From: Nitrososphaerales archaeon
GTDB lineage: Archaea > Thermoproteota > Nitrososphaeria > Nitrososphaerales > UBA213
Assembly (NCBI GenBank): GCA_965197925.1
Contig: CBDAOC010000019.1
Location: 192,001 to 256,000, forward strand
Direction of reading: 5' to 3'
DNA length: 64,000 nucleotides
This document shows, in pieces, positions 31,063-41,927 of the stretch; positions within the stretch are counted from its first letter, which is position 1; every line of letters begins with the position of its first letter. The position numbers and the translations under genes were made by a program. The notes under the pieces are model-generated. The model had not been told where the DNA came from. It worked only from the letters and a program-made list of their open reading frames with translations, and ran no database searches.

Positions 31063-31857
31063 ATGTTACCTTTACTCATAGCATCAACACTTGATCCTGC
31101 TGGTTACAACATGGCATCTTATATGATAGCAAATCATGGCTTCAAGAAGCTGGATAATGATCTTTATACAAATGAATTTGCGATGTTATATATCTCTGTA
31201 GAAGAGGCCCTTATGATGGAATGGCTTGATAATAAATTCTCTACCCTCTACTATGTGTTCCTGTCAAAGCATAAATCTAAAAGCGGCATACCAGCACTTA
31301 CCTGCCATACAACAGGCAATTTTTCTAATTCTAACCAAATGGGTGGCAAACCCAGAGAACTGGCATATGTGTATCCATCTCTTCAGAAGCAATATATGAA
31401 GACCCTTTACAAGAAAAGCGGTAGGATTCCAAATTATCAACTGGTAATAGAGGCAACTCATCATGGTCCTACTTCACTAACTAAACCCATTCTGTTCATA
31501 GAAATAGGTTCCGCTGAACAACAATGGCACGATAAAAACGCAGTGTCAGTTGTCTGCGACGCAGTGATGGATACTATAAGGACAGTAAAGGAATATGGTA
31601 GTATTGGCATTGGTCTTGGTGGTACACATTACCCTTCTAAATTTACTAAGATGCTTGTCGAATCTGATTATACCTTTGCATCCATTGCTCCAAAATATTC
31701 ATTGCCGAGTGTTGATAAGAGAATAATCCAACAAATGATAACTAAGAGTGTTGAAAACGTGGAACATGCTTTCATGGATTTGAAAGGTCTAGGTACGGAG
31801 AGGGATAGGTTGATTAGCATAGTTAACGATTTGGGTCTTAAAGTGACCAAGGTTTGA
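31063..31857 (+). CDS. dtdA: D-aminoacyl-tRNA deacylase (archaeal DTD2 type)
   Basis: SKH, CHTTGN, EATHHGPT, FIEIGS, GGTHY. Confidence 0.93.
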   Translation: MLPLLIASTLDPAGYNMASYMIANHGFKKLDNDLYTNEFAMLYISVEEALMMEWLDNKFSTLYYVFLSKHKSKSGIPALTCHTTGNFSNSNQMGGKPRELAYVYPSLQKQYMKTLYKKSGRIPNYQLVIEATHHGPTSLTKPILFIEIGSAEQQWHDKNAVSVVCDAVMDTIRTVKEYGSIGIGLGGTHYPSKFTKMLVESDYTFASIAPKYSLPSVDKRIIQQMITKSVENVEHAFMDLKGLGTERDRLISIVNDLGLKVTKV

Positions 31858-32162
31858 ATTTTTATGAAAGAATCTACCACTTCGTTTTGAAGATCCCCAA
31901 AGGGAGGGTCACCAGTTATGGTGAAATAGCAAGAGCCATTGGGAGACCAAAAGCAAGTCGAGCAATAGGGCGAGCATTGAATAAAAATCCCTGTCCAATA
32001 ACAATTCCCTGTCATCGTATTGTGATGTCAACTGGGTCTTTAGGGGGATATAAGTATGGTCAATGGAAGAAATCAGAACTCCTTGCGAAGGAAGGTGTTA
32101 AAATATCGAAGGAAAAGATTCTGGAATTTGATAAAATATATTTCAAGTTTGATCAGTTGTAG
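31854..32162 (+). CDS. ogt: methylated-DNA--protein-cysteine methyltransferase (MGMT family)
   Basis: IPKGRVTSYGEIA, SRAIG, IPCHRIV. Confidence 0.9.
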   Translation: MNFYERIYHFVLKIPKGRVTSYGEIARAIGRPKASRAIGRALNKNPCPITIPCHRIVMSTGSLGGYKYGQWKKSELLAKEGVKISKEKILEFDKIYFKFDQL

Positions 32163-32595
32163 CTTCCCGGGCCAATTCTCTCAGGTGGGCAAGTGATCTT
32201 ACATGTCCACCTCTGATCTTTTTATAAAGAGACCAATATGTCTTATTACTTATTTCCCCTCTTGCCTTGAAGATTCCTATATGCCTTCGCATCGCTCTCA
32301 CCTTCTTCACCCATATCTGTTTCTTGCCTTGCCTTGCCTTTTTGCGACCCTTTTTAGAGCCAGCTCCCGTCCCATGTTTTCTCGCCCTCAAGTGTTTTAC
32401 GCGTTTTCTTCCCCTAGATGTTCCCGTTATTTCAGCAACATAGATACTGCGCGCTGTAACCAGACTTCTGATATCGTCTCTGGTTATAGCATCTAGCACA
32501 TCCTCAATAAATTCCGGTTCAAACTTTATTCTGCTAACACCAACGCCAAGAGTTCTTGCAGCAAGTTCACGTTTATCCCTCAGATTTATCGGCAA
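32143..32595 (-). CDS. rpl19e: 50S ribosomal protein L19e
   Basis: LAARTLGVGVSRI, AITRDDIR, GSKKGRKKAR. Confidence 0.96.
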   Translation of the reverse strand: MPINLRDKRELAARTLGVGVSRIKFEPEFIEDVLDAITRDDIRSLVTARSIYVAEITGTSRGRKRVKHLRARKHGTGAGSKKGRKKARQGKKQIWVKKVRAMRRHIGIFKARGEISNKTYWSLYKKIRGGHVRSLAHLRELAREATTDQT

Positions 32596-32601
32596 ACAAA
32601 A

Positions 32602-32979
32602 TCACCTTGCATTTAACACTTTCAGCCTGAGACCCTTCGCCTTTTCTATAATTTCCTTTCTCTTTCTCTTACCCACGGTCGCTGCTATCCTAGCAGCATC
32701 TTTTTTTGGGTCGAGAATACTTAACCCATTAACATTGTGAACAAGCTTATCGTAATAACCAGAGGGATGTAAATATCGACCACACTTTGGTCCTCCATAA
32801 CCTATCTTGACAAGTTTCGGCCAACCTTTTATCCCTAGCCGCATCTTACTGTCTATTCCCCTTGGCTTTCGCCAATTGGATTTTACTCGTTTATACCTCC
32901 AACTCTCTTGTCTCACAAAACTAGGTCTATTAGTTCTTACCTGTTCCCTTGTGCTTGAATGCTCATTTGTACTTGCCAT
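32602..32979 (-). CDS. rpl32e: 50S ribosomal protein L32e
   Basis: FVRQESWRYKR, WRKPRGIDSKMR, HPSG. Confidence 0.96.
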   Translation of the reverse strand: MASTNEHSSTREQVRTNRPSFVRQESWRYKRVKSNWRKPRGIDSKMRLGIKGWPKLVKIGYGGPKCGRYLHPSGYYDKLVHNVNGLSILDPKKDAARIAATVGKRKRKEIIEKAKGLRLKVLNAR

Positions 32980-33094
32980 TGTGTAGGAAGCATTATGTAT
33001 AAATAAATAGTTTCCGAGCCGTATGTGTACAAGGGGAGATTTGGGTCAGGATAACTTGCTCACCATGATATTATTTATAAAAAAAGGAATTGCG

Positions 33095-35416
33095 CTAGGT
33101 AGTTATTCTGTAGTTTCTCTTATCCCACACATATACAACTATCACTGCAATTCCTAGAAAGGAGATTATCATGAATGTCTCTTTCAGAGGTATACCGAAC
33201 AAATCATGGTAATCGTATATCAAGCCATTTGGAGCCAAGTCATTAACATAGAGAACGGTGAAGCCCTTGATATCGCCAAGGTCCGTAATTACATCGGCCT
33301 CTATCCAGTGTTCACCAACATTTCGAGCTGGAATTTCCAGTAAGTTTTTTGAGGGTGTAAGGGAAAGGGTAAGTGGATAACCACGCCTGTTCTCTGCATT
33401 CGATATCTTTACCTTTGCAAACGTCCAATTTTCCTCAGAATCAATAGACAACCATATTTTCCCATCTTCATTCCTGCCGTTCAAGGCAACTTTATCAGCA
33501 TAAACTATTACAGGTATGGAAATCTTATCTTGCTCCGACTCAACATAAACTCTACCCTCAAATTTCCCAGTCGTAGGTTCGGAGAGCTTTGTACTAATGA
33601 TTAGACTTGATCTACTTTCATCAATAATTTTAATTTCAGCATCGAGTGGTAATGGTTCGTCCCAATCTGTACTTACATTCAGCTTGCCAATTTCGTCCCC
33701 TATTGATTTCAGATCTATCACCTTGGAAACTTCCTTTCCCGCAGAAAGATGGAATATGGCATAATAGGGTGTCGCAACAATGTTTGTGTCTAGGACTGCA
33801 TCTACATCAAGCCGTCCTGCACCAGCAGAATCAAATGAATATGTAAGTCCATAAGCATCATGTAAAGACTCCGCAGTTGTGGCTAGAATCGATGAAACAT
33901 CACTTGGTTTGAGTTCGGGGTTCTTCTGCAATAGTAAAGCAATTGTGCCAGTCGCATGCGGTGCCGCGAAGCTGGTTCCACTTGTAACATTGTAAGAATG
34001 TTGAGTACTTGTAGAATTTATGAAGGCCCCGGGAGCTACTAGGGTAGGCTTTAGATAGAACGGCGAAACAGGACCTCTGGAACTGAATGGTGCAACTATA
34101 TCAGGGTTGTAAAATAACGCAAGCTCAGCATTAATTAGACCCTGACTTATCAATTCCTTAAGTATTAAACCTTCTTGCATTGACACAGAAACTACTGGAA
34201 TGCTCGGCTTGTAACCTTGTGAAGAGTTATCATTGATCAAAGTACCATGAAAAACACCTGGCATGTTATTATAAACTATGAGCGCTTTTGCTCCATTTCT
34301 TGCTACGTTCATTTCCTTAGAAGTAAAATATACTATCTCCGTCTGCTGTTTTCCATCAACCTCTATTATTGGTCCGCCCCTCTCTGCTAGGACTATCCTT
34401 CCACTCACATCAACTTCAGCAATGTCATCCGTTATTGCAAAGCCCCCAAATACCAGATTACCATTTATTGGCTTATTGGGAATAACAGAACCTAACATTG
34501 GTATCACATTGTATCTATCATCATTATTGCTGACCCTTAATGTTGAAGCAGCACTCACTGTTACATTGTTTAGTGAAGCCCCTACACTGATCGCATTGGG
34601 TGATGATGCTGGACTGCCAATCTTCTTTGTTTCGCCGTTGTTTCCTGCGGCCGTAACAACAACAATTCCTTCAGATACTAGTTTTTCTATGGCATTGTCA
34701 ATCTCTTCACTAATAAAGTCTAGACCCAAACTTATATTCACAACATCAATGTCATCAATAACAGCTCGATCAAGTGCCCTTATCATATCAGCTGTAGAAA
34801 CATAGTTACCTTTAGATGCTATCCTATATGCTATAAGTTCCGCATTTGGTGCAACCCCTTTGACAGATCCGTTTGCAGCTATAATCCCCGCCACAAGAGT
34901 GCCATGACCGTCAGTATCCATGGGGGTCTCGTCATGGTCCAGAAAATCATAACCACCCACAACTTTCCCATCATTCCCAAACCCAAATAAATCTGGATGT
35001 GTGTAATCTATGCCTGTGTCCACGACCGCAATGCGTACTCCACGACCATCAAGTTCTCTTCCACTTGAATCTTTTGCCTTGATGTCATTAGCTCCTATGA
35101 GCTTCAAACTTTTATCAAGACTTGTTTTGAGAAATTTTTCTCTATAAATATTAGAAACTATCGTTTCACTTTTTAGCTTATCAACTTGGTCTGAAGTTAT
35201 TTCAAGTACTGCCCCATACATCAAATTATTCAACTTATCCATCACTTCAAAATTATATCCAAGCATCTTCAAATATAATAAATTTAAATCCACATGAGCA
35301 GAATTAAATTCTATAATAACTTTAATTCTATCTTCATACAACGTCGATGGAATGAAATTTAGAAACATTACAAAAATAATGAGAAAGAACAAATCTTTCC
35401 TTTGAATACTAATCAT
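33095..35416 (-). CDS. membrane-anchored S8 subtilisin-like protease with PA domain (Vpr-like)
   Basis: VDTGID, HGTLVAG, GTSFAAP catalytic triad; PA insert; N-terminal signal/propeptide; C-terminal TM. Confidence 0.93.
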   Translation of the reverse strand: MISIQRKDLFFLIIFVMFLNFIPSTLYEDRIKVIIEFNSAHVDLNLLYLKMLGYNFEVMDKLNNLMYGAVLEITSDQVDKLKSETIVSNIYREKFLKTSLDKSLKLIGANDIKAKDSSGRELDGRGVRIAVVDTGIDYTHPDLFGFGNDGKVVGGYDFLDHDETPMDTDGHGTLVAGIIAANGSVKGVAPNAELIAYRIASKGNYVSTADMIRALDRAVIDDIDVVNISLGLDFISEEIDNAIEKLVSEGIVVVTAAGNNGETKKIGSPASSPNAISVGASLNNVTVSAASTLRVSNNDDRYNVIPMLGSVIPNKPINGNLVFGGFAITDDIAEVDVSGRIVLAERGGPIIEVDGKQQTEIVYFTSKEMNVARNGAKALIVYNNMPGVFHGTLINDNSSQGYKPSIPVVSVSMQEGLILKELISQGLINAELALFYNPDIVAPFSSRGPVSPFYLKPTLVAPGAFINSTSTQHSYNVTSGTSFAAPHATGTIALLLQKNPELKPSDVSSILATTAESLHDAYGLTYSFDSAGAGRLDVDAVLDTNIVATPYYAIFHLSAGKEVSKVIDLKSIGDEIGKLNVSTDWDEPLPLDAEIKIIDESRSSLIISTKLSEPTTGKFEGRVYVESEQDKISIPVIVYADKVALNGRNEDGKIWLSIDSEENWTFAKVKISNAENRRGYPLTLSLTPSKNLLEIPARNVGEHWIEADVITDLGDIKGFTVLYVNDLAPNGLIYDYHDLFGIPLKETFMIISFLGIAVIVVYVWDKRNYRITT

Positions 35417-35466
35417 TGCGTAAGATGATTTGAAATACTCGCTATAAAGCTACCCCCACTAGATTC

Positions 35467-35487
35467 GAGCAAAAAGGTTAAATTAGA
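35467..35487 (+). promoter_or_regulatory. putative BRE/TATA promoter of sod
   Basis: gagcaaaaaggttaaattag, purine-rich BRE plus TTAAA about 25 bp upstream of ATG 35506. Confidence 0.45.
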
Positions 35488-35505
35488 TGTCGGAAAATAG
35501 GAAAC

Positions 35506-36114
35506 ATGGTAAAAAAATATTCACTGCCGGATCTACCATACAAATACGAAGATTTGGAACCACACATATCGAAGGATATCATGACATTGCACCATGACAA
35601 GCATCATTTGGCATACGTAAATGGTGCGAATGCGGCATTAGACAAGTTGGAGAATGCTAGAAAGAATGACTTCAAAGGAATTGACGCAAGAGGTGTGACA
35701 AGAGATCTTTCATTCCATGTATCTGGTCACTTTATGCATTCAATATTTTGGCCCAATATGAAAAGGAATGGAGGAGGCAAACCAGGTGGTAAGCTTGGTG
35801 ACTTGATAAATGTAGACTTTGGTAGTTTTGATAGCTTCAAAACACAGTTCACCGAAGTTGCCAAAGCAATCGAGGGAATAGGATGGGCTGTATTAGCCTA
35901 TGATCCAGTTTCGGATCAGTTGATGACATTCAATATAGAGAAGCATAATATACACACAACAGGGCCGGGAATGGTACTACTAATGGTTATTGATGTGTGG
36001 GAGCATGCATACTATTTGCAGTACAAGAACGACAAGGGTAGTTATATTTCAGCATGGTGGAATGTTGTAAACTGGGACGATGTCGACAAGAGGTTAGGAA
36101 AGACAATCTCATAA
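35506..36114 (+). CDS. sod: Fe/Mn superoxide dismutase
   Basis: LHHDKHHLAYV, GHFMHSIFW, DVWEHAYY. Confidence 0.97.
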   Translation: MVKKYSLPDLPYKYEDLEPHISKDIMTLHHDKHHLAYVNGANAALDKLENARKNDFKGIDARGVTRDLSFHVSGHFMHSIFWPNMKRNGGGKPGGKLGDLINVDFGSFDSFKTQFTEVAKAIEGIGWAVLAYDPVSDQLMTFNIEKHNIHTTGPGMVLLMVIDVWEHAYYLQYKNDKGSYISAWWNVVNWDDVDKRLGKTIS

Positions 36115-36120
36115 AGGCAC

Positions 36121-36140
36121 TCTCTTTCTTTTTTTTCTTT
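36121..36140 (+). terminator. oligo-T terminator after sod
   Basis: tctctttctttttttcttt just after the stop. Confidence 0.5.
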
Positions 36141-36306
36141 GGTATAAAACTCCTCACAAGTAGTAGAGATTTTAGACTCATCCTAATACATAGGTATGAA
36201 AAATTAGAGGAATTGGCTTGAAATGAGGACCAGGTATTCGAGTTCTGTAATGGTTAAATGTTTATTTGAAAACGAAATAATTCAGCATAGGAGAACCCAT
36301 CTATCT

Positions 36307-38273
36307 GAGGATTGGGCGTAATTTAGCTTGAAACGATAAGATCAGGTTTCAATTTTCATTGGTAATGTGTTTAGCTAAGACTCCATACTTCTTCGTATAT
36401 TATTTTTGATTGGTGTGATTACTCGGCCAAAACCTAATAGGAAAAGAGGTAGACCATTTTATTATTCTCCTACAGTTATGAAGAGATGCTTCATCGTTAG
36501 AGTATGGATAAGAATACCAAGCAACAATGCTTTGCATGAAACTTTTCGATAGACATGCCATGCAACAGGAAGGTAATGATGGCATGTGGTCTTGATAGGT
36601 TGCCAGATAAAAGAACATTCGACAGAAGGTTCAAGGCCATATCAATTGACATAAGATCAAGGATAGGTGCTATGGGTATGCTCTTCATAAAAGATGGGTT
36701 GGTAGACCCAGCCATAATATCCGTTGACAGTTCATTGTTGAAAGCAAAGGGACATGTATGGCATAGATCAAACATGAAGAAGAACGAAGTGCCACGCTCA
36801 GGTATAGATACAGATGCTCGATGGGGATTCAGCAGAACCAAGGGATGGGTATTCGGATACAAACTGCATCTAGCATGTAGCACAGGTTCGTTGATAGTTC
36901 CATTATCAGCTGATTTCACAACAGCTAACATTACTGATAACAAGATGTATGAAAGCATAACATCTTCATTGCCTACAGGAATGGTAAGGTATGTTGTAGG
37001 AGATGAAGGATATGATGATCACAAGTTATGTGATTTCAGCAGGTATAGAGGGCATCCAGTATTCCCATTGGAAAGGTACAAGCATACTACAGATAATAAT
37101 AGACTGGCATTGCTGCAGTTCTATCAATCGGAATTTGGGCAGCATGTATACTCACAAAGAAGCATAAGCGTTGAACCATTGATAGAAGACATAAAGGATC
37201 AACTCATCTCAAAACCCTACAATACATCAAAAATGATGCAAGATTAACAAATGCCAGATAGTTTTCTGCCGTTCTTTCATACCTGGTTCTTGTTCTGTGA
37301 AATCCATTCTTGAGCCATGCAAGGAATCTCTCAACTACAAATCTTGTCTTGCTGTAATGTTTGTAATCATTATTTTGCAAGATGAACTTGGAATTTATTT
37401 TGTATGGGATGCAACATGCAATATTTCTATCCCACAAATACATTCTGATGTATTTTGCATCATTTTGTCTGCATAAACTGATTCTATCTGTTGTATTGAA
37501 TCATCATCAAGATAGTCTGAAATTGATCCTGTAACATCCATGCATTTTGTACTGTCATGTTCATTTGCTGGACTCAGCAGTATGGATATTGGAAATCCGT
37601 TACCCTCTACTGCGGCATGTATTTTTGTACCTGTTATTCTCTTGAATCCATTATATCCAGTTACATTGCCCCTTTTTTATCAGGAATGGATGAAGAGTCA
37701 ACTGATATTTTTTGTAGATTAATTTTGCCAGATTTATGTGCTGAGTGAATAGTACGCGATAGAATCTTTTTCCAGATTCCTTTTTGTTGCCATTTGTTTA
37801 ACCTTCTGTTTGCAGTAGAATCATCACCATATCTTTTTGGCATATCGTCCCATCGGCATCCAGTAGTTAGAACATGGATTATTCCGTTAATGATTTTTCT
37901 ATCATCATCCCTAGGCCTGCCAGTTTTTGCATGTGGTGGTATGTGTGATTCCATCATACTCCACTGTTTGTCTGATAATTCTTGGAATTTCATAAAATAA
38001 TTTTAGATGTCGCTATTCATGGATCTAAATGGTCGCTAAAAATTGTCTAAATGGTTAGTTTTGAGATGAGTTGGATGTATTTGATATAGACCCACTACCT
38101 GTTAGAGAATTTGATAAAGCTAAGAGCATCGTTCTGATTTCTATATTGCTATACCAGCTGATGGTATACTACAACTACTTGACAGGAATGCCTCTGAAGG
38201 ATTTGAAGCACATGCTGGGAAGCTAAAGAAACAATAGCAACTTATTATTATTATTGAATTACGCCCAAGCCTC
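36307..38273 (+). mobile_element. IS family B (DDE_Tnp_1-type transposase), full length but interrupted by a nested IS
   Basis: TIRs GAGGATTGGGCGTAATT and AATTACGCCCAAGCCTC; 8-bp TSD with one mismatch (atctatct / atcaatct); DDE motifs VDSS, GYKLH, GDEGYD, R.SVE. Confidence 0.9.
37200..38073 (-). mobile_element. IS5-family (two-ORF) element, family C, nested in IS-B
   Basis: 16-bp perfect TIR CAACTCATCTCAAAAC / GTTTTGAGATGAGTTG; 3-bp TSD GAT; ORF1 LTTGCRW...VDSS ending at A6G4; ORF2 GTKIH...VERFLAW...RYER. Confidence 0.92.
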
Positions 38274-38435
38274 ATCAATCTAGATATCTTTAATTGCATC
38301 TGACAAAACAATTACCAACAAAATTTTGATATATAACATCATAAATTGGAACCTAAAAACTCTCTTTACTCTTGGAGGAAGGTATGGTCCATATTAATGG
38401 AGATAAAAATGACCTAAGTTTGATCCCAAAAATTC

Positions 38436-38828
38436 TTAACGATGATTTACCCATACATTGCCTAAAGACTCATGCTTTGGTCCTATTGCAAAGGCTAGAC
38501 ATTCCCATTCTTGATTTGAGTTGTTAACAAATCTATGAATCGAATTGGGCGGAATGTAAACAAGTGTATTCGGTCTAACTTCCACATCTTTGCCGTCTAT
38601 GGTTGCAATTACATTTCCCCTTAGACCATAAACTATCACAGTCTCATTATTATGGTAATGTGCTTGGTGCACTTCACCTGGATTTAGTTTGGCACCAAGA
38701 ACCAAAATTCTAGAATTTTTTTCATTTTCCTCCAATAATTTTTTTATTTTTAACATATCATCAGCTTTACTCGTTTCATAAGGCCTAATCCAGCATTTTA
38801 TATCTTCAAGATTTATGCTCTTGCTCAT
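38436..38828 (-). CDS. cupin domain protein
   Basis: HQAHYH..E..VY.LRG and YIPPNSIHRFVN. Confidence 0.88.
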   Translation of the reverse strand: MSKSINLEDIKCWIRPYETSKADDMLKIKKLLEENEKNSRILVLGAKLNPGEVHQAHYHNNETVIVYGLRGNVIATIDGKDVEVRPNTLVYIPPNSIHRFVNNSNQEWECLAFAIGPKHESLGNVWVNHR

Positions 38829-38905
38829 AAGAAGAATGAAGCCACCAGCGAATAAGAATCTTGTCAGAGTGCATTTATAAGCAAGATATATTTGCCTTTT
38901 TCATT

Positions 38906-39328
38906 ATGAGTGAAGAAGAAAAGTTACAGGCATTAGTTACTCAGATGAAAATGTACGAAGCTTATCTTAATGATATTCTTACAAGAGAAAACTCTGTTAC
39001 TAGATTGATGGAGGAAGGTAGACTTGGAATAGAGGCTATAAAGAACATTTCAGAAGAAGAACCTTTGGAAATGTTGGTGCCAATTGGCATGGGGATTTAT
39101 GTGCAAACCTTATCATCACCCAACAAGAAACTCTTAGTAAATATTGGTGCAGGTGTTGCGATCGAAAAAAGTAAAAACGAGGCAGTTACATATGTAGAAA
39201 CTAGACTTAAGGAAGTAGAGGGAGCATTGAGATCTATGATTGCACAAAAGCAGGAACTAGCCGCAAAAATGGAACAGACTCGCAACGAAGTGAATAGTAT
39301 TCTTAAGAAGATGAAATCGTCAGGTTGA
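38906..39328 (+). CDS. pfdA: prefoldin alpha subunit
   Basis: LVPIGMGIYV, LLVNIGAGVAIEK, coiled-coil ends; upstream of ftsY. Confidence 0.92.
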   Translation: MSEEEKLQALVTQMKMYEAYLNDILTRENSVTRLMEEGRLGIEAIKNISEEEPLEMLVPIGMGIYVQTLSSPNKKLLVNIGAGVAIEKSKNEAVTYVETRLKEVEGALRSMIAQKQELAAKMEQTRNEVNSILKKMKSSG

Positions 39329-39334
39329 TATGTT

Positions 39335-40255
39335 ATGTTTGATAGGCTGAAGAGAACATTATCAGAAGCATTAAAGAAAATAGGGGAACAGGAACTGGTG
39401 GAGAGAGATATAGATAAGTTGTTCGCCGATTTACAAATATCTCTTTTAGAAAGTGATGTGGCTCAAGAAGTAATAGATGATTTGACGCAAAGAATGAAGA
39501 AAGAATTAGTGGGGAAAAAAGTGGAGAAGGAGGACGGGAAAGAGCATTTTGTCAAGAAGAAAATTGAAGAATATTTGCTACAAATGTTCGAGAGGGCAGG
39601 CTCAGTTGATATTGTAGGTAACATTAACACAAAGAAATCTAAGAAGGCGCCATATTCGATTGTTTTTCTAGGCATTAATGGAACTGGTAAAACCACTACT
39701 ATTGCCAAAATAGCAAAAATGCTCAAAGTACAAGGTTTTTCTCTGGCTATAGCTGCAGCTGATACTCATCGTCCGGGTGCAATAGAGCAAATATCACAAC
39801 ATGCATCAAATCTTTCCGTTAGAGTTATAGCTCAGAGATATGGTGCAGATCCGGCAGCCGTAGGGAGAGACGCTGTACTACATGCAAATTCAAACAAATT
39901 AGATGTTGTTCTCATCGATACTGCAGGGAGAATCCAGACAAGCAAGAATCTTATGGATGAAATGAGTAAGATAATTCGTGTAGTAAAGCCTGACCTGAAG
40001 ATATTCATAGGGGACTCCTTGGTAGGTAATGATACAATAAACCAGGCAACCGAGTTTTACGAATATACAAAATTTGATGGTGCGATCTTAACTAAATCTG
40101 ATGCTGATGTGAGGGGTGGAGCTGCCATCTCGATAGTACATGTAACGGGCAAACCCATAATCTACTTGGGTGTCGGACAGGAATATGATGACTTGGTCTC
40201 CTTTGATTCCAAATCATTTGTAAATTCCATTTTGGGTGGTAGTGTTGCAGGGTAA
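39335..40255 (+). CDS. ftsY: signal recognition particle receptor FtsY
   Basis: GINGTGKTTT, DTHR, DTAGR, TKSD. Confidence 0.96.
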   Translation: MFDRLKRTLSEALKKIGEQELVERDIDKLFADLQISLLESDVAQEVIDDLTQRMKKELVGKKVEKEDGKEHFVKKKIEEYLLQMFERAGSVDIVGNINTKKSKKAPYSIVFLGINGTGKTTTIAKIAKMLKVQGFSLAIAAADTHRPGAIEQISQHASNLSVRVIAQRYGADPAAVGRDAVLHANSNKLDVVLIDTAGRIQTSKNLMDEMSKIIRVVKPDLKIFIGDSLVGNDTINQATEFYEYTKFDGAILTKSDADVRGGAAISIVHVTGKPIIYLGVGQEYDDLVSFDSKSFVNSILGGSVAG

Positions 40256-41174
40256 ACATATTCTATCCATGATGGAATTCACGAAAAGGGATATAGAAGA
40301 TATAATCAAACTTGCAATAAAACAAAAGAAGAGGCCGAGGCCCTTGCTGAAGAAGAAAATTCTCACTATGATTTTTCAAAAGCCTTCCACGCGTACTAGA
40401 ATGAGCTTCGAGATCGCAATGTTGCAGTTAGGCGGTAATGCAATTTATCTTACAATGGATGAATTACAACTTTCACGTGGAGAAACTGCAGAGGACACCG
40501 CAAGAACTTTATCCGTCTATGCTGATGCAATAGGAGCTAGGGTTTATGATCATGCAGATATTGTGAAAATTGCAGATAATGCAAGCGTCCCGGTGATAAA
40601 TATGTTATCTGACATGTATCACCCATGCCAAATTTTGGGAGATCTCCTCACCATTAAGGAATTGAAATCAGATACAGAAAGGTTAAAACTGGCTTGGATA
40701 GGAGATGGTAATAATGTTTGCAATTCACTCATAGTAGGTACTGCACTCATGGGAATAAATAGTACAATTGCCTGTCCGGATGGCTATCAACCGCATAGAG
40801 ACCCTCTAGATTTTGCATTGCGGGAGGCTGCCAAAAATAATTGTTCTATTGAAATAATTGATGACCCTGAAGAGGCAATAAAAAATGCAGACATCGTCTA
40901 TACAGATTCTTTTGTTTCAATGGGTAAGGAAGCGGAGAGGGAAGTAAGATTAAAGGCTTTTCTGCCCAGATTTCAGGTAAATGAAGATTTGATGAAACGC
41001 GCCAACCCCAGGGCTATTTTCATGCATTGCCTCCCAGCTAAGAGGGGGGAGGAAGTTACCAGCAATGTTATTGATGGTAAACAATCGGTGGTATGGTTGG
41101 AGGCGGAAAACAGGTTGCATGCTCAGAAGGCTTTGCTTTGTTTTTTGTTGCTCAAGAATTTAAAAGGTTTATAA
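40236..41174 (+). CDS. argF: ornithine carbamoyltransferase
   Basis: STRT, HPCQ, SMG, HCLP. Confidence 0.96.
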   Translation: MVVLQGKHILSMMEFTKRDIEDIIKLAIKQKKRPRPLLKKKILTMIFQKPSTRTRMSFEIAMLQLGGNAIYLTMDELQLSRGETAEDTARTLSVYADAIGARVYDHADIVKIADNASVPVINMLSDMYHPCQILGDLLTIKELKSDTERLKLAWIGDGNNVCNSLIVGTALMGINSTIACPDGYQPHRDPLDFALREAAKNNCSIEIIDDPEEAIKNADIVYTDSFVSMGKEAEREVRLKAFLPRFQVNEDLMKRANPRAIFMHCLPAKRGEEVTSNVIDGKQSVVWLEAENRLHAQKALLCFLLLKNLKGL

Positions 41175-41219
41175 GGGCTTTGAATACGATTGCTCTAAAT
41201 ATCGGAGGATTATGGACAA

Positions 41220-41927
41220 TTGAGCTATACACCCTTGCTTCGAAGGATCAAGGAAGATAAAACTAACTACCGTAGAAGGAAACCTATTTTGATTAGCAAG
41301 AGCTATTTTGCTGCAATAAGATTAAGTAATCAAAATATTCAAATCCAAGTGGTGAAACCTACAATAAAAGGCGACACTGTTCTGATTTATGCTCATAGTA
41401 GGGAACTAATAAAAAAGGGCTGGAAGGGTTCTAGGAAGAGCCTCCCGGCCTGTTATCTTACAGGTTTACTAGCTGGTACTAAGGCAATTTTGAAAAATAT
41501 AAACGAGTGTATCCTTTACACGGGTAAGAGACATTATTCACCTAAGATTGCAGCCTCTGTCAAGGGATTATTGGATGCAGGAATTACTATTCCTATAGAA
41601 GAAGAGACTATTCCTAAGGAAGAAAATTTGAATGGAAAACATATTGCTGACTATGCAAAAGATCTCAAAGAAAAAGATCATGAACTGTATAATGCCAGAT
41701 TTTCTGGACTGATTAAGGAAGGATTTATTCCGGAAAATTACGTTGAGAATGTTGAAAGGACTAAATCGGAAATACTTGGTAAATCGGTAGGCAAGGAGGA
41801 GGATAATAATGGAATGGAGACGCAAGAAAAGGAAGGAAAATCAGCTCAAAGGCAAAAAAGAACTATCCGCGATAAGGGTTCTAAAGATAAAGTTTCTAAG
41901 AAGGATGGTAAGGGTAAGAAGATTTGA
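41220..41927 (+). CDS. rpl18: 50S ribosomal protein L18 with charged C-terminal extension
   Basis: KTNYRRRK, SLPACYLTGLLAG, GKHIADYA. Confidence 0.93.
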   Translation: MSYTPLLRRIKEDKTNYRRRKPILISKSYFAAIRLSNQNIQIQVVKPTIKGDTVLIYAHSRELIKKGWKGSRKSLPACYLTGLLAGTKAILKNINECILYTGKRHYSPKIAASVKGLLDAGITIPIEEETIPKEENLNGKHIADYAKDLKEKDHELYNARFSGLIKEGFIPENYVENVERTKSEILGKSVGKEEDNNGMETQEKEGKSAQRQKRTIRDKGSKDKVSKKDGKGKKI

